NCBI GenBank assembly: GCA_964016885.1
Contig: OZ024740.1
Span: 171,368,001-171,432,000, forward strand
Direction of reading: 5' to 3'
DNA from: Eledone cirrhosa
Lineage: Eukaryota
DNA length: 64,000 bases
Part shown: one piece after another, positions 15,543 to 26,505 of the stretch
Layout of the letters: the number at the start of each line of letters is the position of its first letter
How positions within the stretch are numbered: position 1 is the stretch's first letter
Position numbers and translations under genes: made by a program
Notes under the pieces: model-generated
Seen by the model: only the letters and a program-made list of their open reading frames with translations
Databases searched by the model: none
Told to the model about the DNA's origin: nothing

Positions 15543-16890
15543 TCATCATCATCATCATCATCAACGTTTAACGTCCGTGTTCCACGCTTGCATGGGTTTG
15601 GACGGGGGTAGTCCCACTTGAGGCAAGAGTGATTGTCTTGCTCGCATAGGACTGTCTGGCAGGTTTTCTACAGTTGGATGCCCTTCCTAACACCAACCAC
15701 ATTTACAGTGTGGGTCTGGGAGGTTTTTACCGTGTTGCCTACACGGCCACATTACAGCGTGGACTGTGTGTTTTTTTGTCGTGACACCTACACGATCTCA
15801 TTTGTTTCGGCCTGGATGGCGCGGCACCAACATAACTTTACATAGAACGGGGTGGTGTGGATGGGGTGGGGGTGGCGGCGGGAGGGGTGTATTTTGTTAG
15901 AGATGCCTACTGGCAAGGCGGGTCTTCTCTGTTACTGAGTACCGCCAAAGGTCACGGTCCAGTGACATTGTCTTGGAGAGGTGTAAGTGTGTGAGGTCGG
16001 AGTTTATCAGCTCATCCCATGTTTTTCTAGGTCTGCCTATTCCGTGGCTACCGTCTATCTTTATTGCCCTGCACTTTGTAATACAGCTATCGACTTTCAT
16101 GCGCATCACGTGTCCATACCAACGCAGCCTTCTCTCGAGTAAACAACATCTGATCCCTCTTATCTCTAATTTTTTCCTTAGTTCGTTTATGCTTTGCCGT
16201 TCACGTATATTACTGTTACACATCCAGCGGAGCATGCAAGCTTCGTTCCTCTCTAGTCTGCGTATATCCTCTGCACACAATGCCCAGGTCTCACTACCAT
16301 GCAACATTGCTGTTCGTATGCAGGCATCGTACAACCTGCCTTTCATTTTTAGGGAGAACCCTTTAGCAGCTAATAGTGGTATAAGCTCTCTGAACTTTTT
16401 CCAACCAGTTCTGACTCTAGCTACAGTACTTTCAGAGCACCCTCCCCCACTGCTGATTTTATCGCCCAGGTAACGGAAGCTGTCCACTATTTCTATAGAA
16501 CCCTCTGCGCAATTGAAAGAGCTAGTATTTTGTGGGCACTTGCTGCTACTTATTGCACCAGAACACCGGCCACATGTAAAGTCTATGTTCTTAGTTAGCT
16601 TACCTGTGATCCCACTACATCTTTTATGCACCCATACTTTGCATTTAGGACATAAGATGGAGTTTCTACCTACGCCTTTCCTACATACCGAGCACGACCA
16701 TTTCCCAGAAGGGACCGCCGCCTTGTTTTCTTTCCTACAAACTAGAACTTTGGTCTTAGCCAGGTTAATTTTAAGTCCTTTTGACTCTAGGCCGTGCTTC
16801 CATGTTTGGAATTTCTTCTCTAGCTCGGCCATTGATTCCGCTATGAGTGTCAGGTCGTCTGCGTATAGGAGTTCCCATGGGCAGCCTGTC
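15543..16890 (-). mobile_element. RTE-clade LINE, 5'-truncated just upstream of YADD, intact to the (ATG)n tail
   Basis: Frame open from TGCPWELLYADDL through GLKINLAKTKV, a Cys-rich finger, FRYLG, HGSETW, RRLRWYGHVMR and GRPRKTW to the stop at 15897. A ~350-bp 3' UTR ends in (TGA)n. Confidence 0.92.
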
Positions 16891-16907
16891 TAATATATTA
16901 TATATAA

Positions 16908-16938
<31 letters not shown>

Positions 16939-17214
16939 ATTATATATATATATTATATATATATTATATATATATATATTATATATATATATTATATATA
17001 TATATTATATATTATATATAAATACATATATATATTATATATAAATACATATATATATTATATATATATATTATATATATATATTACATATATATATATT
17101 ATATATATATATTACATATATATATATTATATATATATATATATATATATTACATATATATATATTATATATATATATATTATATATATATATATATTAT
17201 ATATATATATTATA

Positions 17215-17254
<40 letters not shown>

Positions 17255-17410
17255 CACACTGTAAATGTGGTTGGTGTTAAGAAGGGCATACAGCTGTAGA
17301 AAACCCACCAGACAGTCCTATGCGAGCAAGACAACCACTCTTGCCTCAAGTGGGAAAACCCCCGTCCAAACCCATCCAAGCGTGGAACACGGACGCTAAA
17401 CCTGATGATG

Positions 17411-17412
<2 letters not shown>
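17255..17412 (+). mobile_element. RTE LINE terminal 3' UTR fragment
   Basis: Matches 5697-5861 and ends in CCTGATGATGAT. Confidence 0.82.
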
Positions 17413-17454
<42 letters not shown>

Positions 17455-17811
17455 ATATTATATATATATTATATATATATTATATATTATATATATATAT
17501 ATTATATATTATATATATATATTATATATATATTATATATATATATATATTATATATTATATATTATTATATTATATATTATATATTATTATATTATATA
17601 TTATATATATATTATATATATATTATATATATTATATATATATATTATATATTATATATATATTATATATATATTATATATTATATATATATTATATATA
17701 TATTATATATTATATATATATTATATATATATTATATATATATATTATATATATATATATTATATATATATATATATTATATATATATATATATTATATA
17801 TATATATATAT

Positions 17812-17843
<32 letters not shown>

Positions 17844-17963
17844 ATATATTATATATATATATATATTATATATTATATATATATTATATATATATTATAT
17901 ATATATTATTATTTATATATATATTATTATTTATATATATATTATTATTTATATATATATTAT

Positions 17964-18003
<40 letters not shown>

Positions 18004-18070
18004 GACGTAAAATAAGAAAATATTTTTTTAAAAAAAATTTAAAAAAAATTTTTTTCTTACTTAAATTTTC

Positions 18071-18152
18071 ACTCCAACTAATTAGTTTCTGCAATGGGAT
18101 AAAGACAGTTACGTAATCCAACTGTCGAGAATTCATTGCGTCATCAGGAAGT
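18071..18152 (-). ncRNA. Type I hammerhead ribozyme motif of the 561-nt unit (minus-strand copy)
   Basis: Exact reverse complement of 19205-19286. Confidence 0.7.
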
Positions 18153-19204
18153 CTATTCTCAGTTAAGTCTCCAGGCAATGCGCGGACACTGGCGGCTCAT
18201 ATAAAAATAATAATAATTCGGTAGATCGAACAGCTTGCGAGGACTGGATTCTATGTACCGAAATTCTCACTGCTTCAAGTCAAATGGCCGATTCTAAAGA
18301 ATCAATCACGTGACACAGAGGCTAGTTAGAAGGAATGGGATGGTAAGATGACTGACGCCTACTAACACCCCAAAAAAAATTTTTTTTTTAGAAGTGGTTT
18401 TGACAAGTTTGCTCGACAAATCAGTGATTTGGAGATAAATATAGATAATTTAATATATCAACTAACATAAGCGCACAGATGCACGCCCATGCCAGCAAAT
18501 ACACAGGTTATGTCATAGTACCTAGGTGGTTCAATGCAGGAGAATGCAGAACAATAATATAAAGGACGTAAAATAAGAAAATATTTTTTTTAAAAAAATT
18601 TAAAAAAAATTTTTTTCTTACTTAAATTTTCACTCCAACTAATTAGTTTCTGCAATGGGATAAAGACAGTTACGTAATCCAACTGTCGAGAATTCATTGC
18701 GTCATCAAAACTAATTAGTTGGAGTGAAAATTTAAGTAAGAAAAAAATTTTTTTTAAATTTTTTTTAAAAAAATATTTTCTTATTTTACGTCCTTTATAT
18801 TATTGTTCTGCATTCTCCTGCATTGAACCACCTAGGTACTATGACATAACCTGTGTATTTGCTGGCATGGGCGTGCATCTGTGCGCTTATGTTAGTTGAT
18901 ATATTAAATTATCTATATTTATCTCCAAATCACTGATTTGTCGAGCAAACTTGTCAAAACCACTTCTAAAAAAAAAATTTTTTTTGGGGTGTTAGTAGGC
19001 GTCAGTCATCTTACCATCCCATTCCTTCTAACTAGCCTCTGTGTCACGTGATTGATTCTTTAGAATCGGCCATTTGACTTGAAGCAGTGAGAATTTCGGT
19101 ACATAGAATCCAGTCCTCGCAAGCTGTTCGATCTACCGAATTATTATTATTTTTATATGAGCCGCCAGTGTCCGCGCATTGCCTGGAGACTTAACTGAGA
19201 ATAG

Positions 19205-19286
19205 ACTTCCTGATGACGCAATGAATTCTCGACAGTTGGATTACGTAACTGTCTTTATCCCATTGCAGAAACTAATTAGTTGGAGT
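19205..19286 (+). ncRNA. Type I hammerhead ribozyme motif of the 561-nt unit
   Basis: ACTTC-CTGATGA-cGCAATG..GACAGTT..AACTGTC..CATTGCa-GAAA-CTAATTAG-TT-GGAGT. Stem I is 5 bp, stem II is extended in two tiers, stem III is the palindrome AACTAATTAGTT, triplet GUU. There is a C/A mismatch at the base of stem II. Confidence 0.7.
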
Positions 19287-19636
19287 GAAAATTTAAGTAA
19301 GAAAAAAATTTTTTTTAAATTTTTTTTAAAAAAATATTTTCTTATTTTACGTCCTTTATATTATTGTTCTGCATTCTCCTGCATTGAACCACCTAGGTAC
19401 TATGACATAACCTGTGTATTTGCTGGCATGGGCGTGCATCTGTGCGCTTATGTTAGTTGATATATTATATATATATATATATACATTTATACTATATATA
19501 TATATTATATATATATATATATATACATATATATTTATATATATATTATATATATATATATATATATTATATTTTATATATATATATTATTATATTATAT
19601 ATATATATATATATACATATATATTTATATATATAT

Positions 19637-19668
<32 letters not shown>

Positions 19669-19885
19669 ATATATTTTATATATATATATTATTATATTAT
19701 ATATATATATTATATATATATATATATATTTTATATATATATATTATTATATTATATATATATATTATATATATATATATATACATTTATATTATATATA
19801 TATATATATATACATTTATATTATATATATATATTATATATATATATATATATACATTTATATTATATATATATATATATTATAT

Positions 19886-20136
19886 TCCTTGAGCAAGACA
19901 CTTTATTTCACATTGCTCCAGTTTACTCAGCTGTAGAAATGAGATGATAGGGACTGGGGTCCATATCATTCCACTGTAGAAGTGGTCGTGGAGGTGCCAC
20001 GGCAAAAAAGCACCCAGCACTCACTGTAAATGAGGTTGGTGTTAGGAAGGGCATCCAGCTGTAGAAATCAAGCCAAAATCAGTTCCCGTCCCACCCTTGC
20101 AAGCAGGGAAAAGCGGACGTAAAATGAAATGATGAT
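19886..20136 (+). mobile_element. Same CORE-type SINE family, head missing
   Basis: Starts at CCTTGAGCAAGACAC and ends at AAATGATGAT. Confidence 0.82.
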
Positions 20137-20234
20137 TATATTATATATATATATTATATTATATATATATATATTATATTATATATATATATATATATTA
20201 TATTATATATTATATTATATATATATATATATAT

Positions 20235-20277
<43 letters not shown>

Positions 20278-20635
20278 TATATATATATATTATATTATAT
20301 ATATATATATATTATATATATATATATATTATATTATATATATATTATATTATATATATATATATATTATATTATATATATATATATATTATATTATATA
20401 TATATATATATATTATATTATATATATATATATATTATATTATATATATTATATTATATATATATATATATTATATTATATATATATATTATATTATATA
20501 TATATATATATATATATATTATTATATATATATATTATATTATATTATATATATTATATTATATATATATATTATATTATATATATATATATATATTATA
20601 TTATATATATATTATATTATATATATATATATTAC

Positions 20636-20758
20636 TATTACACATCCAGCGGAGCATGCAAGCCTCGTTCCTCTCCAGTCTGCGTATATCCTCTGCATAC
20701 AATGCCCAGATCTCACTGCCATGTAACATTGCTGTTCGTATGTAGGCATCATACAGCC
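20636..20758 (-). mobile_element. RTE LINE internal ORF scrap
   Basis: Matches ~16210-16335 (HGSETW region). Confidence 0.78.
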
Positions 20759-21008
20759 ATATATATATATATATTATTTATTTAGATATATATATATATA
20801 TATATTATTTATTTAGATATATATATATTATTTATATACTCAATGGTTACCCATAGGCAGATCTCACACAATGCAGCCTCGACAGAAGAATACTGCTCCA
20901 GTATGGCAGACAATTGTTATACCCAGGACACCATAGTGAAATACCAACATATGGAAGATTACATTTATGTAACATTCTTTCCTTATTTTAAATTATATTC
21001 CTTTTGAA

Positions 21009-21126
21009 GTTCCGATGAGCTGCTCTATTTCTACCTATGTTAATTATTTTCAACTGAACCAGATCAATAATGATATATAATCAATGATCGAGAAATATTA
21101 TATGGAGTAACGAAACAATTGTAAAC
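21009..21126 (+). ncRNA. Variant hammerhead motif (CCGAUGA core, long stem II loop)
   Basis: GTT-CCGATGA-GCTGCTCTAT..~70 nt..ATGGAGTAAC-GAAA-CAATTG-TA-AAC. Palindromic CAATTG stem III, GUA triplet, but stem I is only 3 bp. Confidence 0.5.
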
Positions 21127-21405
21127 GGACATCAAACTAAAATATGTTGACAATCTTTTAATAATGTCTTCCTTATGAAATCTGTGGTCTTGTTTTGCTT
21201 AACTAATGAATATTTCCAGCTTTGTGCACCTAACCTCTGCATGAACCCTTCCACTGCATATTGCACACATGCCTTTACGCTTTGGCTTCTAACTAATTCA
21301 CCAATCTCTCCTCTCCTATCTCCATCTTTCTCTTTAAGATTGGTTACTCTTGAAGTGTGTATTATTTATATATATATATATTATTTATATATATATATAT
21401 ATATA

Positions 21406-21719
21406 TCATCATCATCATCATCATTCCATTATATGTCCGCTTTTTCCCTGCTTGCAAGGGTGGGACGGGAACTGATTCTGGCTTGATTTCTACAGTTGGA
21501 TGCCCTTCCGAACACCAACCTCATTTACAGTGAGTGTTGGGTGCTTTTTTGCCGTGTCACCTCCACGACCACTTTGCAGTGGAATGATATGGACCCCAGT
21601 CCCTATCATCTCATTTCTACAGCTGAGTAAACTGGAGCAATGTGAAATAAAGTGTCTTGCTCAAGGAAACAACACATCACCCTTTCTGAGAATTGAACTC
21701 ACAAAGCCATGTGCCTCCA
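21406..21719 (-). mobile_element. Same CORE-type SINE family, deletion in the tRNA head
   Basis: Colinear with 6886-7221 but lacks ~35 nt between the A and B boxes. Confidence 0.82.
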
Positions 21720-21894
21720 TTGCTCTAACCTATATATTATTTATTTATATATATATATATTATTTATTTATATTTATATATTATTTATTTATATATATAT
21801 ATATATTATTTATTTATATATATTATATATATATTATTTATTTATATATATTATTTATATATATATATATATTATTTATATATATATATATATA

Positions 21895-21926
<32 letters not shown>

Positions 21927-24900
21927 CCATACATACACACACATTGAATCATGTAAATTATATTTCCTGGTTTCTGAAGTCATTTAGAAACATATTATCA
22001 CATTTCCTCTCTTAGATATATGTTTTATTTAGAATAATTTATTAATCATCATATTCCACACCAATAGCTACATTATTTTCAGTATATGCTGTAATCATAA
22101 CTAGTTCTTTTTTTTTTCCTTTGCTTATTAAAAGAAAAGATAAAATGGTCTCCCACTTTCTTCTATAACTTTCATTCATAATGTTACATTGTTCTTATAT
22201 AATGAATCATTTTACGATAAACATAATATCCAACTTGTAATTTTTAACTTACAGGTTGTCTTTTATGAATCATAACTGGAAATACGTTCATGATTGGCAG
22301 TAGATCCTATTTCAAAGCATTTAGAAATATTTCCCCACATCTTTTGCATGTTGGTGCTTGTAGGTGTTGTATTTCTAGCATTATTACATTTGTCTTTATT
22401 TCAAATACTTATGAACATAATTTAGTTACAAAATTTTATTTTAACAAAGTAATAAAGTTGTCAGTATGTTAGTAACTTAACAAACATGCCTAGAAAACCA
22501 GGAATCTTGTAATAGTGAATGCCAGTCTCAAACTGTTCTGCTTCTACTATCAGCCCTGATTAATGCCTGCCCTGTGTCATATTCCATTCATCCACACTTG
22601 CTAGGCATTTGTAGTATTATTATATCATCATCAACAACATCATTCTTCAGTGAAAGTTTCCCTACTGGTATGTGCTGAGACACTTTCTATTTATAATCCT
22701 CTTACTATGTAACTGGTAAGTTATTTACTGATGCATTAGGCCTGAATAGTTGACATATTTGTATTACTTTTGGTTAAGACTGAGAGGAGTTCTAGGTAAT
22801 TTTCATGGTTGCTGACAATGAAGGATAAGTAAATAAAAGGAATGTTTTAGTTTCTTTAATATTTTTTTTTTTTAGATGACTTTTAAACATGCTTTTTTGT
22901 TCAGTTAAGGAGAGAGAAATAACAATAAAACAGAGCCCCCCCCCCCCCCCCCCCCCAAAAAAATTGTAAAGGTATCTGCTGCAATCCCTCTACTACCAAC
23001 ATTCCAACTGACGTACTGTTGTTGTATACACTTGTGACAGAGAAGTGCAGCCAGTGCTCAATTAAATATCAACTGGTGCACTGGTGGAATAATATAACCT
23101 GACAGTAATTGGTTAGTTGGTCAGTAGACTTAAATAGCTATTTAGTTTCATATCTACACTTCTTATACAATCTGTTTACTCTTCCTCAGTTAAGGGCAAA
23201 CAATTTAAACAGAATGGTAGTTGAATTCATATTCTTCTAAATCTTTTTTTTTTTTAAACATTTTTTTTCCTTCTTCCTTTTGTACTATGAAATATGTCCT
23301 TAGTTTTCATTTTATGGAAAATGTAAAGCCAATTTCTTATTTCCTGCCTGTTCAAATATTGATTTCTTCCTAATCTCAAGGCCAACATTTTGTAAGAAAG
23401 GGGCATAAATCTGAGACTATTATAACATTGGGAAGTTATACTTAAACCTGAACTGAATGCTTGCAACAGACTGGAATCTTTCATAAGCAAGCAAGGACCA
23501 AGTGGTTGTATCAAACAAGGTGATGGATTAAGCCTACCTAATCATTGGTTTCTTTACCTGTCTATGAGGAGAGTAACTCCAAATAAGAACTGATTCAGTC
23601 TCTAATAAGCCAGCCAACCCATGTTAGCATAGAAAATGTACATAATATGATGATGATGGTAATAGTAAAGATTTGCTGTACAAATACCTAACTCATCTGT
23701 GCTGTATATGTATATTACACTGTGGAACCTTTAAGTTGAGTTATTAACACCACTTATGGTGTCTTCATTTTTTAGTTTGACCCACCCACCTTCATTATAG
23801 CAGGTGTTAACTCATTGGCATAATAGACATTACCTGGAGACACCATTTTCATGTAGTGTATCTCGTGCAAATTAATCTGGCTGAGTGCATCCATCTTCAA
23901 GCTATACCTTGGAAAGGAAGAGTTAAACTAACTCTATACTATTAGTCAAAAATGTTGCTGGCAGCACTTGGAGAGACAAGCTGCTCTACCCTATGGTAAT
24001 GATTTTTAGTTAGGTGTGGACCATTTCAGTGTTAGCTGTCTTGGCCACAGACACAATACAATGCTGGTGACAAGATATGAGCTACATTCCTCTTATCTTA
24101 TACTAGAGGACCAGTGCTGTCAATATTGATGGCAATAGCATTGAATGTATTTAATTTTTGGAGTCTAGGTTTACCAGAAATATGAATAATCATACAATCT
24201 GGGAAATTTGTGGTTTGATAAATTAAGAATTTACATAAGAGAAACCATATAGTTTATGGTCATTGCTGACTCATGAAAATGATTAAAGATATGTTTGTGT
24301 GTAAATTTTAATGGGTTATAGACTGAGATATATATATAAATATCCAAACACACACGGCATATTGTTTTGATTAATTCTATCCCCTTGACAACCTTCTATG
24401 CTCTCAGCCTATCAACATTAGCTACTGTGAGAGTAACTTTAATTTATGATTGATAATCATCTATGGACATTTAGAGACTAGTGGTTAGTGTTGGACTCAC
24501 AATCATAATGTCTTCGGTTTAATTCTTGGACAGTGTTGTGTTCTTGAGCAAGATGCTTCATTTCACTTGTTTTTCATAAAAAGACTGGGACTGCTATCTT
24601 GAAAACATTCAGAGAAACCTTGTACGAGATACTACCTCACATGTGGCCAGCTAAACCTACATTGAAATGAGCTGTAAATTTCATTACATTTTTTTTAACT
24701 TTGGCTCGCTGGTTAAAGTCACAAAAAATCTTTAAATATTGATTACCTTACCAGTGAATGAATTGCTTATAGCCTCTTTTGTGTATCTGTGTGCAAGAGA
24801 GGGAGACATACAAACACCTTTTTTTATTTTTACTTTAAAAGTTTTGGTAATTATTGTCTTTCTTTGAACTCTGTTGGAATCAACCCCACCCCACCCCCCA

Positions 24901-25410
24901 TCCTTAAGGAAAGAGTATTAGATATTGAAAGGGAACACCATTATATTCGGTGGATTGTCAGAGGGTCGTACGCCATGCTTTGCAGCAAAGAGTTACGTCC
25001 CTTTATGGTCTGAGTTCAAATCCCGCCGAGGTTAACTTGCCTTTCATCCTTATGGGGTCGATAAAATAAAGTACCAGTAATACACTAGGATAATTGCTGG
25101 CCTTGTGCCAAATGTAGAAACAATTATATTATAATTGTGTTGTTCAACTTAAGAGAAACATTTCCCCATGTCACCTGTTGCAGTTTCTTTACTACTAAGA
25201 CTAACTTTATATGCTACTGAAATGCTTAAATATTAAACACGCTTCTAGAACTGACAAATCAATTTAAAGTATTGCTAGCATATTGCATAAAAGCAGTACA
25301 TACGCACACACACGAGTTGTCAATATGAATGGACCTGTTATTTTTATCTAAAGACATTTTTTCCAATTCCATCCCGCCCGTCCCCTCAATCTATCTTATT
25401 TCTCATTCTT

Positions 25411-25446
25411 TCTTCTGATGAAGGACTAGCGTCCGAAACGTTAAGA
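25411..25446 (+). ncRNA. Minimal hammerhead motif (family B)
   Basis: TCTT-CTGATGA-A-GGAC-TAGC-GTCC-GAAA-CG-TT-AAGA. Stem I 4 bp, stem II 4 bp, AACGTT palindrome in place of stem III: the minimal layout described for Penelope-like elements. Confidence 0.7.
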
Positions 25447-25879
25447 CCCTCTTCCTGCTATATCAAGCGTTAACCTAATATATCCCTTCCATATACTGTA
25501 CCGATTGTGTTATTTCTGTTTACCTTTTACATACACACACACACACATTAACATTTATTGTGATCCAGATTTTCTTAGTGATATTATTTTACAGAAGATT
25601 TTTAGATTTTACTTTGGCAAACAGTTTGGTAATTAACTAAAAATTCTATGATACAGCACAAGAAAAGGAGTTTTTTTACATTTTTGAGACAAAGAGTTCA
25701 GGTGTGTCATTTTTACAAGATATAAAGATAATGCTTTAGACAAATATATATATACATAAAGGGTAATGGTTATAGACCACCATTAGTACTGTGGAAGATG
25801 AGGGTGGGTTATAAGTTTGGGAAAGATGCTTTAAACCACCTAACACAACTATAATTGCTAATAGAGACAGTACAATGGT

Positions 25880-26505
25880 GCAGCCAGGATAGGCATGGAA
25901 TTTGGTATTGCAAAATGTGCAGTTGCCAACGTGAAAAGAAGGAACAAGTCCCATGTAACTAGTATCAAATTGTTATCTGGTGAACAATTGAGTGATCCAA
26001 GTGATGACAGGTACAAATATCTAGGAATCCTAGAGATTGATGAAACATTGACCAAGGAAAAAAAAAACTTCCACACTGGCTAAACCTTAACTTTAGACTA
26101 CATGCATACATGCAAGAAACTTAATTCTTGCTATAAATATATGCGCTATATCTGTGAACTAAGGCTCAGGTTAATGAGATAGACTGCAGAACAAAAAGAA
26201 ATTATAACCAAGGCAAGCGTAAAATCTGCTGTACATGAAACACGGTTGAAAGAAGAGGGTTGATAAGTGTAACAGAATGTTATCGAGAATGAGAGGTAAG
26301 CCATTATTTTCCGCCAAAGTGGTGCCAACATATCTCAGAAAGTGTCCGTGATGACAGACAAACCCAAGGTCAATACCATCAAGTTAATCTCAGTTGTCAT
26401 CGGAGTTTTAGACTTGATACCACTAAAACTGAGAGGGTATCCTAAGCAAATAGATCTCTAGTCACAAATTACTCTCCTACAAAAGACTGCTCTGTTGAGA
26501 CTTGG
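25880..26505 (+). pseudogene. Decayed R4/Dong-like (restriction-like endonuclease) non-LTR element
   Basis: IGMEFGIAKCA..YKYLGILE, with downstream remnants resembling V(I)PVVIG(A)L and LQKTALL; heavily deleted. Confidence 0.55.

Larger units (their letters stand above)
17997..19467. mobile_element. Inverted array of a 561-bp hammerhead-containing unit (Penelope pLTR / retrozyme-like)
   Basis: Direct period of 561 bp (18001 vs 18562; 18708 vs 19269). The left part 17997-18707 is the reverse complement of the unit on the right, 18708-19467. Near-identical ~650-bp arms flank a 58-nt spacer (18650-18707), and the array is embedded in (TA)n. Confidence 0.8.

Noticed and set aside
19179-19460. 93-aa ORF (and its 71-aa mirror at 17963-18178) in the 561-nt unit
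   Set aside because: TTG start, runs through A/T homopolymers and the ribozyme, and has no recognisable motif.
23125-23197. Minus-strand CTGAGGA...GAAAC-TAAATAGCTATTTA-AGTC hammerhead-like string
   Set aside because: A stem III palindrome is present, but neither stem I nor stem II can pair.
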